From Bacillota bacterium (GTDB lineage: Bacteria > Bacillota > Sulfobacillia > JAMCWA01), in contig JAMCWA010000070.1 of the NCBI GenBank assembly GCA_023475165.1, positions 31,672 through 95,671 on the forward strand: DNA of 64,000 nt. Reading direction: 5' to 3'. Position numbers and translations under genes: made by a program. This document shows positions 27,930 through 36,458 of this stretch, piece after piece (the first letter of the stretch is position 1; the number at the start of each line of letters is the position of its first letter). The notes beneath the pieces were generated by a model. That model searched no databases. It saw only the letters and a program-made list of their open reading frames with translations, and was not told the origin of the DNA.

Positions 27930-27994
27930 TCCATGTTAAGAAAATTTAGTTCGACTGGCCAGTTGGTTTGGTGCAAAAAAATCTTTCTTCTTTT

Positions 27995-28021
27995 GAAGGA
28001 TTTTTGGGCGCGGCGACGAAT
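27995..28021 (+). promoter_or_regulatory. sigmaH-type promoter (rightward)
   Basis: gaAGGATTT-N11-gacGAAT. Confidence 0.55.
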
Positions 28022-28111
28022 AGGTATAACAATAAATATTGCGACAACATGCTGCATGCCACATGTTCATCTAATTTAGCTTTTAAGCTAAGCCAATAGG
28101 AGTGCTAAATC

Positions 28112-29155
28112 GTGGGCGAAATGAGTTTTGTCCAACCAGTTCTCCTTCATAACTTTGCGACTAGGGTTTTAGAAAAGCTCGGTCTAACCAGTACGGAAGC
28201 GGAGTTAGTGGCCGAGACCCTAATTGAGGCCGATATGCAGGGTGTAAGTACCCATGGAATCATCCGGCTGGTCACCTATGCCCGGCGGGTAGCTGCCGGT
28301 GGTATTAAGGTACCAACAAAGATAACCGTGGTACGAGAAGGTCCTTGCACGGCTCTCCTGGATGCCGGCGCGGCTTTCGGGCAGCTGGCGGCTTTCCGGG
28401 CTGCCCAAATGGCCGTGGCCAAGGCGGCGCAATGTGGAGTTGGGGTGGTCGGTGTTAGAAACAGCAATCACTTTGGACGGGCCGGATACTATACCGAGTA
28501 TATAGCCCGGCAAGAGATGATCGGTATCTGCCTGTCCAACGCGTCACCCCGACTCGCTCCCTGGGGGGGAAGAAAACCTCTTTTAGGGAACAATCCCTGG
28601 TCTATCGGTGTACCGGGAGAACCGGATATCCTTTTTTTGGATATGGCCAATAGTATTGCCGCCGCTGGGAAGATCCGGGAAGCGGCTAAACTCGGGAAAC
28701 CAATTCCTCCTGGGTGGGCTTTGGACCGAAATGGCCGCCCAACTACCGACCCGGTTCAGGCTTTGGAGGGCATTCTTTTGCCTTTTGGCGAGTATAAAGG
28801 GTACGGCATTACACTCATGGTGGGGGTTTTGACCGGACTCCTCACGGGTGGCAAGTGGGATGCTGAGATTAAACCGGTCGACGCTTTGGATTCACCGCAG
28901 GAAGAGTCACATCTCGTCATGGCCCTGCGGATCACCGATTTTACTCCTTTGGAAGAATTCAAAAAGAGAATCTCTAGTATCGTTTCTCAGATCAAAAGTT
29001 CTCCGCGAGCGGACGGTTTCAGCGAAATCTTTTTACCAGGAGAGATCGAGCGTCGCCGCAGGGTCGAGTCGGAAAAGAAAGGGATTGCCCTTTCTCCCTC
29101 AACCATCGCGGTCCTTCAGAATCTGGCTTTGGAATTGAACGTGTCCCCTCTGTGA
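28112..29155 (+). CDS. Ldh_2 family oxidoreductase (AllD/ComC/YiaK-like)
   Basis: ADMQGVSTHG, NSNHFGRAG, LGNNP, DMANS, GWALD..G.PTTDP, KGYG, LPGE. Confidence 0.92.
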   Translation: MGEMSFVQPVLLHNFATRVLEKLGLTSTEAELVAETLIEADMQGVSTHGIIRLVTYARRVAAGGIKVPTKITVVREGPCTALLDAGAAFGQLAAFRAAQMAVAKAAQCGVGVVGVRNSNHFGRAGYYTEYIARQEMIGICLSNASPRLAPWGGRKPLLGNNPWSIGVPGEPDILFLDMANSIAAAGKIREAAKLGKPIPPGWALDRNGRPTTDPVQALEGILLPFGEYKGYGITLMVGVLTGLLTGGKWDAEIKPVDALDSPQEESHLVMALRITDFTPLEEFKKRISSIVSQIKSSPRADGFSEIFLPGEIERRRRVESEKKGIALSPSTIAVLQNLALELNVSPL

Positions 29156-29186
29156 CCGGGGAGATTGCGCTGGGAGATGATTAACG

Positions 29187-29918
29187 GTGGAGCTCGCAAA
29201 AAAGTTGACGAAAGAACCGTTTTACCAACAGGCCTATGATGCCCTGAAAGATGATATCATTAGCGGCCGTTTAAAACCTGGGGAGAAACTGACCGACCAG
29301 GGGTTGGCCGAACGACTAGGGATTAGTCGAACGCCGATCCGAGAAGCGGTACGGCAACTGGTTAAAGAAGGGCTCCTGGTGGGTAAACCTAACCGGGGCG
29401 TAACTGTCTTCAGCCCTTCTCCCCAGGACGTTGCCGAGATCTACGCTCTCCGCGCCGCACTGGAGGGTCTAGCCGCGAGTCTGGCCGCGTTAAACAATCG
29501 TCGGGTACAATACATCATCCAGATGGAAGAAGTGGTAGAAGAGGCAAAAGGTCTGGCTCAAACCCATGATAGCACCGGCGTGGCCAGAAAGAATACACAG
29601 TTTCACGACTTGATCCTTGCAGCCAGCGAAAGTGACACTTTGATAAAGCTTTTGGACCCTCTTCGCAACAAGGCGATACTTTGCCGGCTCTCGTCGATGC
29701 AATATCCCACCAATCTCAATATTTCAATTAAAGAACACGAGACGATCATTGACCACCTCAAAAAAGGTGACAGCCTGCAGTCTGGCCGATTGGTCCAGCA
29801 GCATATTTTGCAGGCTGGCCGTCGTCTGTTGGAACAACTGCAGGAGGGTGGTTTGGCGGGAGATTATCCCATCCTGCGTTTGTATCAAATAAGACAAGCT
29901 CAAGGAGGCAATTCTTAA
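29187..29918 (+). CDS. GntR-family regulator (FCD domain)
   Basis: LKPGEKL, LGISRTPIREA, IYALRAALEG, NTQFH. Confidence 0.92.
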   Translation: MELAKKLTKEPFYQQAYDALKDDIISGRLKPGEKLTDQGLAERLGISRTPIREAVRQLVKEGLLVGKPNRGVTVFSPSPQDVAEIYALRAALEGLAASLAALNNRRVQYIIQMEEVVEEAKGLAQTHDSTGVARKNTQFHDLILAASESDTLIKLLDPLRNKAILCRLSSMQYPTNLNISIKEHETIIDHLKKGDSLQSGRLVQQHILQAGRRLLEQLQEGGLAGDYPILRLYQIRQAQGGNS

Positions 29919-31091
29919 ATGAAGATCACCAACGTCGAGGCCATAACCTTGGTCGTACCTATGGAAAGGCCTATCAAGGCCCCCATTAGTATTCCTCATG
30001 CCGATGAATTGGCCGGGGTTGTTTTCAAAGAGTATCGGACAACACTGGTACGAATAACCACCGATGAGGACCTTGTTGGCGTCGGGGAGTCCATGGTCCG
30101 GCTGGCGCCCACGGCCACCAGGGACATTGTTGAATACCTTAAACCCATCCTCATTGGGAAGGACCCGTTTGACATTGAACGCATCTGGGATCTACTTTAT
30201 GGTGCTATGATGAACCGCGGTCACTACAAGGGCTTTTTTATAGAGGCTGTCAGCGGGATAGACGTGGCTCTCTGGGACATAATGGGCAAGGCCTTAAACA
30301 TGCCGGTGTATAAACTCCTGGGTGGTAAGACCAAGGAAAAGATCTGGACTTATGCCTCTTCGCTGCGGTTCAGAGGGCTGGATGTTCTCAAGGCCGATGC
30401 CCAGCGGTATCTCGATATGGGCTATAACGCCATGAAAATCAAGATTGGACAAAACCCCATGGACTACCGTAAAGACATCGAGGTGGTTAGTCAATTACGT
30501 AAAGTGGTTGGGGATGATGTGGTCTTAATGGTTGACGCCAATTGCGCCTATGGTGAGGATGTCAAAACCGCCCTTGAGGTGGGCAAGGCCATGGAGGATC
30601 TAGGGATTTTCTGGTTTGAGGAACCCCTTTCTCCTGACAATGTGGAAGGCTACGCCTACCTGCGTAAACAGATGAATATCCGCTTGGCGGCTGGTGAAGC
30701 AGAATTCACCCGCTTTGGGTTCCGTCCCTTCTTTGTACGGGGGGCTCTGGACATTGTCCAACCCAACTTGTGCCGTACGGGTGGATTCACTGAGGCGAAA
30801 AAGATCGCGGCCATGGCCAGCGCCTTCCACGTGGCGTACGCGCCTCATACCGGCAGTTCTTCGGCCATTGCTATGGCCGCAGCAATGCATCTTGCCGTGG
30901 CCCTGCCTAATTTCCTCATCTATGAACACATGGAAAGCGACTGGAGTAAAGATCAGAAAAACCCGTTGCGTTGGGACTTGACCGAGCTTCCTATCAAGTC
31001 TTTTAAAGACAGCTACATTGAACTAGATGACAAGCCCGGTTTGGGAATCGAGCTGAACGAAGAGATTGTTAATAAGTATCGCGTGGGCTAA
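29919..31091 (+). CDS. Mandelate racemase / muconate lactonizing enzyme family (enolase superfamily)
   Basis: SGIDVALWDIMGK, KIK, MVDAN, FEEP, AGE, APH, PGLGIE. Confidence 0.93.
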   Translation: MKITNVEAITLVVPMERPIKAPISIPHADELAGVVFKEYRTTLVRITTDEDLVGVGESMVRLAPTATRDIVEYLKPILIGKDPFDIERIWDLLYGAMMNRGHYKGFFIEAVSGIDVALWDIMGKALNMPVYKLLGGKTKEKIWTYASSLRFRGLDVLKADAQRYLDMGYNAMKIKIGQNPMDYRKDIEVVSQLRKVVGDDVVLMVDANCAYGEDVKTALEVGKAMEDLGIFWFEEPLSPDNVEGYAYLRKQMNIRLAAGEAEFTRFGFRPFFVRGALDIVQPNLCRTGGFTEAKKIAAMASAFHVAYAPHTGSSSAIAMAAAMHLAVALPNFLIYEHMESDWSKDQKNPLRWDLTELPIKSFKDSYIELDDKPGLGIELNEEIVNKYRVG

Positions 31092-31248
31092 CCGAAACTG
31101 TTTTGGTCACCTTTTGTAGACGAGGGTGAGAACAACGGAAGCTTTGCTAGTCTGGCAAGGCAGTCTCGAAGTCGGACGATTGGATGAGCGTCAATGAAGT
31201 TGTCACCGCTGGCCAAACTTGATAAAGAAGAGAAGGGGGTAAAAGACG

Positions 31249-32277
31249 ATGAAAAGGATTGTTCAAGTAAGAAAACTGGTATCGAGTTTGGTTGTCATGT
31301 TGCTTCTCCTTTCGGTTCTGGCGGGCTGCTCAGGGTCTAAGACTTCAACCGATAAAACGGCCTCGACTGCACCTCAGCAAAAGTCTGGTTATCCGACGAA
31401 GCCCATCACCTTTGTTGTATGGTCCAGCGCTGGCTCCCCTTTGGATTTATTCATGAGGAAACTAGCGGATTTAACCAAAAAGGAGCTGGGTCAACCGATA
31501 ATGGTAGAGAACCGAACGGGTGGCAACGGAGCCGCGGCCATGGCCTATGTCAATTCTCAGCCGGCAGATGGCTATACCGTTCTCTCTACCACTGGTAGCT
31601 TAACTTTTGCCATTGCCAAGGAATCCGTGCCCTTTAAAGCAGACGACTTTATCTTTGTTAAAAGCTTCCAAGCAGAGCCGTCGGCCATCGCCGTACGCAA
31701 AGACAGTCCTTTGAAAGCCCTTGAAAATTTCATTGATTACATGAAAAAACACCCCAATGGTCTGAAGATCGGTGGTTACGCTTCTGGTGGTTTCCACCAA
31801 TATGTTCTTTATCGCCTGCAGCAAAAGGCCAATTTTGAGGCCACCTGGATCCCCTTTGAAGGTGGGGCAGATGCCGTTACCAATCTGCTGGGCGGCCATA
31901 TCGACGTGGCTGTTATTACGCCCAGTACGGCTTTGAATCAGGTGCAGTCCGGCGCCATCCGTTTGCTGGCCATAAGTACTGATAAACGATCCCCCTACTT
32001 CCCCGATGTCCCCACTTTCAAAGAAAAGGGATACGATATTGTGGAGATGTTGTGGCGAGGGGTAATGGTGAAAAAAGGCACCCCGGCGGAGTTAATTCAG
32101 CGTTTAAACCAGGCCTTTGATAAGGTGGCTCAGAATCCCGACTGGAAGAAATACATGACTGATTATAAACAGGAAGAGTATCTTTTGGACAGCCAGGGAC
32201 TTACAGAATTAGTAAAAAGAGAGATCGCCGATCGACGAGCCTTCCTGGAGAAAGGTGGATTCCTGAAGAAAAAGTAG
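31249..32277 (+). CDS. tctC: Tripartite tricarboxylate transporter substrate-binding lipoprotein
   Basis: Lipobox LAGC, YPTKPITFVV, VENRTGGNG, ADGYT, PDVPTFKE. Confidence 0.92.
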   Translation: MKRIVQVRKLVSSLVVMLLLLSVLAGCSGSKTSTDKTASTAPQQKSGYPTKPITFVVWSSAGSPLDLFMRKLADLTKKELGQPIMVENRTGGNGAAAMAYVNSQPADGYTVLSTTGSLTFAIAKESVPFKADDFIFVKSFQAEPSAIAVRKDSPLKALENFIDYMKKHPNGLKIGGYASGGFHQYVLYRLQQKANFEATWIPFEGGADAVTNLLGGHIDVAVITPSTALNQVQSGAIRLLAISTDKRSPYFPDVPTFKEKGYDIVEMLWRGVMVKKGTPAELIQRLNQAFDKVAQNPDWKKYMTDYKQEEYLLDSQGLTELVKREIADRRAFLEKGGFLKKK

Positions 32278-32289
32278 TCATTTAACCTT

Positions 32290-32330
32290 CCCGGGGGACT
32301 TTTTCAGCGGAGGAGAAGTTCCCCGGATTT
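32290..32330 (+). terminator. Stem-loop after tctC (terminator or mRNA stabiliser)
   Basis: ccgggggact...agttccccgg followed by a T-rich tract. Confidence 0.55.
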
Positions 32331-32397
32331 ACTTTCTGTCTCCAGTCGCAAAGGAATTCTGCAGTAATGTAGCGGTTGCCCGAGCGGGGGTGGGAGG

Positions 32398-32928
32398 ATG
32401 AATGTAAACCGGCTGCCGGAAGGCATTTTTGTCATTATCATCGGTTTGGTCACCATCTGGCTTTCTCTTGGTTACAGTTATATGGAGCGGTTTACCCCTG
32501 GGCCGGGTTTTTTCCCTTTTTGGTTGGGGCTACTCCTCACCGTTTTAGGGTTCATAATGCTTGTGTCCTCTGCTGCCCAGGTCAGGACCTTGCGCCGGCA
32601 ACAGGTGACCAGTGACTCACGTCCGGTAGGAAATGAGGTAACAAAAGAAGAACCTGTTATCGGGGCCTCGACGCCTTTTACCGGCTGGTCCGATTTGTCG
32701 AAGGTGTTTGCGGCTCTAATCATTTTGGTTCTCCTGGTCCTAGCCATGGATTGGCTGGGAACGACAATTAGTGTGGCCTTGTTTACGATTCTTCTGATCT
32801 GGTTCCTTAACCCCCGGGTCTCCTGGAAAATTGTCCTGGGAACCGGTGTATTGGTCGCGGTGGCTTCTTACCTATTGTTTGTTGTGACTCTGGAAGTGCC
32901 TCTACCTAAAGGGATTTTCGGATTTTAA
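32398..32928 (+). CDS. tctB: Tripartite tricarboxylate transporter small membrane subunit
   Basis: PGPGFFP, about four TM helices, LPKG C-terminus. Confidence 0.88.
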   Translation: MNVNRLPEGIFVIIIGLVTIWLSLGYSYMERFTPGPGFFPFWLGLLLTVLGFIMLVSSAAQVRTLRRQQVTSDSRPVGNEVTKEEPVIGASTPFTGWSDLSKVFAALIILVLLVLAMDWLGTTISVALFTILLIWFLNPRVSWKIVLGTGVLVAVASYLLFVVTLEVPLPKGIFGF

Positions 32929-32956
32929 AGGCCTCTTGGGAGGTGCCCCAGGTTCT

Positions 32957-34468
32957 ATGGAAGTTTTAAATAATCTTTTGACCGGTTTCGGTGTTGCTTT
33001 GACCTGGCAGGGGCTTTTATATACCTTGATCGGTGTTACTGTTGGTACACTGGTTGGTGTCCTACCAGGTCTGGGCCCTTCGGCGACTTTGGCCCTCTTG
33101 TTGCCGGTGACGTTTGGCTTGGATCCCACTTTTGCCATAGCCATGCTCGCGGGAATCTATTACGGAGCTGAGTACGGAGGTTCTACGACGTCCATTCTCC
33201 TTAACCTGCCAGGAGAGGCCGGCTCGGTGGTGACTTGTTTGGACGGGAATTTAATGGCCAAAAAAGGTCGTGCTGGAGCTGCTCTGGGTATCGCCGCTTT
33301 TGGTTCTTTCATTGCCGGGACCATAGGTCTGATAGCCTTCACTTTCATGGCCCACCCCCTGGCTAAGTGGTCCTTGAGCTTTGGCCCTCCTGAGTACAGT
33401 ATGCTCATGATGCTTGGCCTGGTGGCCGCCGCCAGCCTCAGCCGGGACAAAGTCAAGGGCCTGGTGATGGCCATATTAGGACTCTTATTAGGGACCATTG
33501 GGACGGATACCGTCAGCGGCTCTGAACGTTTCACTTTCGGAATAGCCAATCTGATGAGCGGTCTGTCCTTTATTCCGGTAATCATGGGACTGTTTGCCGT
33601 CGGGGACATCATAAACAACTTTACAGAAACCTCTGAAACGGGGGCCTCGGTTACCGGCGTCTCCTATAGGCTGAGGGACCTTCTTCCAACAAGAGAAGAT
33701 TGGTCGTATTCCATATGGCCGATTATTCGTGGTACAGTGGTTGGGTTTCTGTTGGGAACTTTGCCTGGCTCGGGAGCTGCCGTGGCGGCTTTCTTGGCCT
33801 ATTCCGTAGAGAGGGCGGTTGGTCGACGGCGGCAGCTTTTGGGTACAGGTATAATTGAGGGGGTGGCTGCTCCTGAAAGTGCCAATAACGCTGTGACGGC
33901 CGGGGCCATGATCCCCCTTTTTTCCTTTGGGATTCCAGGTACCCCAACCACCGCGATATTGGCCGGTGCCCTCATGATGTACGGGCTTCAACCGGGACCG
34001 TTCCTATTTGTCAATCATGCCAGTTTTATCTGGGCCGTCATTGCCACCATGTATATTGGGAACGTAATGTTGCTCGTCCTTAACCTTCCCCTGATTGGCC
34101 TTTGGGTTCAGTTGTTAAAAGTTCCTTTTTACCTGCTAGCCCCGGTAGTTTTGGTGATCACCGTGATCGGCGCTTTCAGCGTTAATAACAACATTTTCGA
34201 CGTCTGGATTTTACTCATTTTTGGTTTCCTCGGTTATCTGGCCAAGAAAAACAAGTACCCGGTGGCCCCGTTAGTTCTTGGTATGATCATCAGTAAGAAA
34301 CTGGAACAATCCCTGCGACGCTCTTTGCTAATGTCTTTAGGTGATTTGCGGATATTTGTTTCCAGCCCAATTTCTCTTGCACTTTCCATTCTGGTAGCGG
34401 TGGCTCTATTAGCCACCATCTTCTCCTTTTTCAAGAGCAAGAAAGGGGTAAGAACGCAAGGAGCGTAA
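32957..34468 (+). CDS. tctA: Tripartite tricarboxylate transporter large membrane subunit
   Basis: GVLPGLG, YGGSTTSILLNLPGE, GVAAPESANNA, GIPG. Start placed at MEVLNN. Confidence 0.94.
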   Translation: MEVLNNLLTGFGVALTWQGLLYTLIGVTVGTLVGVLPGLGPSATLALLLPVTFGLDPTFAIAMLAGIYYGAEYGGSTTSILLNLPGEAGSVVTCLDGNLMAKKGRAGAALGIAAFGSFIAGTIGLIAFTFMAHPLAKWSLSFGPPEYSMLMMLGLVAAASLSRDKVKGLVMAILGLLLGTIGTDTVSGSERFTFGIANLMSGLSFIPVIMGLFAVGDIINNFTETSETGASVTGVSYRLRDLLPTREDWSYSIWPIIRGTVVGFLLGTLPGSGAAVAAFLAYSVERAVGRRRQLLGTGIIEGVAAPESANNAVTAGAMIPLFSFGIPGTPTTAILAGALMMYGLQPGPFLFVNHASFIWAVIATMYIGNVMLLVLNLPLIGLWVQLLKVPFYLLAPVVLVITVIGAFSVNNNIFDVWILLIFGFLGYLAKKNKYPVAPLVLGMIISKKLEQSLRRSLLMSLGDLRIFVSSPISLALSILVAVALLATIFSFFKSKKGVRTQGA

Positions 34469-34516
34469 ATTGAAGATGTTCTAATGACTCAGGAAGTTCC
34501 GTCGGCCTCCAGTGAA

Positions 34517-34552
34517 AAGGGTTCCGGGGCAGAACTGGGAGCCGGAACCCTT
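34517..34552. terminator. Hairpin between convergent tctA and soxB-like genes
   Basis: aagggttccgg...ccggaaccctt inverted repeat. Confidence 0.6.
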
Positions 34553-34696
34553 GTTCTTTGGAGATATGGCATTACCTTTCTTTACATACGCATTTTTACC
34601 TACGCCCGGTCTTTAGACGGGCACGATCTGGTCTTCACTATCATTTTCAACCAAAATAGGGATTACCCAGATTTTTGCATTGAGGAGGGGCTTCCC

Positions 34697-36145
34697 CTAC
34701 ACCGCCCTGACCGTACCCCTGAGTTCCGCCCTGACCGGCGAATGTTTCTCCAGGTATCGTTTCAAGGCGTCAACCGCCCGCTCGGGGAGGTCCTGACGTC
34801 CCTGCCCGAACTTAGCCGGTACTCCCTGCTCCGTGACAAAGGCCGCCCGGTAGAGACGGTGCAGATCAATCTCTTTCTCGCCCAAAAACAGCTGCTGCAC
34901 CCTCTGGCCAGCGGGGTTCTCGATTTTAACCAGAACCGTTACCCCGAGCATTCGCTTGATATAACCGCCCATCTGGCCGAAAGGATCGCGGGAAAAGGTC
35001 CGTTCCAGGTTTTCCTCCAACATTTCCCTGATCTCATAACCAGTTAGATTCACTGTAGATACGGGCGGGTTTTCGGGGATGATGTTATAAAGGTCGTTCA
35101 TCGTCACCGGGCCAGACGGTACCGGTGCCGCATAGCGCCAACCATTGGAAAAAGCCACCTCGGCCCCCGTCAGATCGATGATACTTTGCAAAAGCAAATT
35201 ATCCATGGTCGTCTCCAACATGCCGCCCCTGTCCAAGGGGCTGTCCGTCTCCCCCACAACCTGTCCCAGGAATTCCCGGGACGGCTCCAGGATCGTGGAA
35301 ATCATTCCTTCCACCTCGTCGTCCGGGTGGAGGTCAGGGGTGATGGCGATCAACCGGTGCCGGTAGCTGGTCACCCTTTTGCCTTCCACCGTCAGATCGA
35401 GCCGACCCAAAAAGGAACCGTGCAACCCCGATTGAATGACCAACGTCTGCCCCACTACCACCGGCTGGTAGAGGCGGTTGTGGGTATGACCGCTCAGGCA
35501 AACATCCACCCCCGCGACCTGCCTTAATAGCTCGACCTCTTGAGGAAAACCCAGGTGGGAAACCAGGATTACCAAGTCCACCTTCTCCTTCTCCCGCAAG
35601 AGGTTCAGGTAAGAGGGCAATTCCTGGCGACCATCGGAAAAGCGCAGGCCCTGGCTGAAATGGGGCGGCATGGTCTTGTCCACGATATTGCTGGCTATCC
35701 CCACCAGGCCCACCCGCAAACTCCCCACTTCTTTAACGAGATACGGTGGAAAAACCAGATTGCCCGTCTTCTTGTCGTAAACGTTGATCGCCAGGATCGG
35801 ATAGTTCAATCCGGCGGCGATCTTCTGTACTCCTTGAGGTGTATAAGCGAATTCCCAGTGGACGGTCATCGCCACCGGGCCGATGGCGTTCAACACAGGC
35901 AGGAGAGCCAGGCCTTGACTCTGTACCGCCGGATAAGTCCCGTGGAAGGTATCGCCGCAATCCGCCAGGAGGCAGGCCCCTTTGGTCTCGGCTCTGATTC
36001 CCCGCACCAGGGCGGCCAGGCGCGCGTATCCTCCACCCATCCGGTACTCTGACCCCGCCGCCGTCCAGAAGACCTCCGGGTGCGGTTCGAGGTAAGCGTG
36101 ACTGTCGTTTATTTGTAAGATCGTCAACTCCTTGGCGCCAGACAT
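34697..36145 (-). CDS. SoxB-like bifunctional metallophosphatase / 5'-nucleotidase, no signal peptide
   Basis: NDSHA, DCGDTFHG, HWEF (SoxB-type rather than GNHEF), VSHLG, SGHTH, SNGWRY, DPFGQMGG. Start at MSGAK behind GAAGGAG. Confidence 0.88.
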   Translation of the reverse strand: MSGAKELTILQINDSHAYLEPHPEVFWTAAGSEYRMGGGYARLAALVRGIRAETKGACLLADCGDTFHGTYPAVQSQGLALLPVLNAIGPVAMTVHWEFAYTPQGVQKIAAGLNYPILAINVYDKKTGNLVFPPYLVKEVGSLRVGLVGIASNIVDKTMPPHFSQGLRFSDGRQELPSYLNLLREKEKVDLVILVSHLGFPQEVELLRQVAGVDVCLSGHTHNRLYQPVVVGQTLVIQSGLHGSFLGRLDLTVEGKRVTSYRHRLIAITPDLHPDDEVEGMISTILEPSREFLGQVVGETDSPLDRGGMLETTMDNLLLQSIIDLTGAEVAFSNGWRYAAPVPSGPVTMNDLYNIIPENPPVSTVNLTGYEIREMLEENLERTFSRDPFGQMGGYIKRMLGVTVLVKIENPAGQRVQQLFLGEKEIDLHRLYRAAFVTEQGVPAKFGQGRQDLPERAVDALKRYLEKHSPVRAELRGTVRAV

Positions 36146-36244
36146 GAGGTCATCTCCTTCCACGGGCCACTAATGCCTCCGCTGCTGCCGGCGAGTAACT
36201 GTGCCGCTTTTGCAATGGACTGGTGAACCAGTCGGGTCAAGCCG

Positions 36245-36316
36245 TTGGATCCTCTGGTAAGCTTGCATCTTCTGGTAAACTTGCCTCTTTTGGTAAGCTT
36301 GGATCTTCTGGTAAGC
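36245..36316. repeat. 4x 18-bp tandem repeat
   Basis: ttggatcctctggtaagc / ttgcatcttctggtaaac / ttgcctcttttggtaagc / ttggatcttctggtaagc. Confidence 0.9.
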
Positions 36317-36458
36317 GAAAGCACCTTCGGCAGGCGTCCAACAGCAGCGCCGCCCACAACGTCCCTCCAGCTCCAGGGGAATCCAAAACTGACGCTGGCC
36401 AGGACCGGGCCGACAAAAGAGCCCCTTCAGACCTTCGCACGACGCGTCTCGAAAGCGG

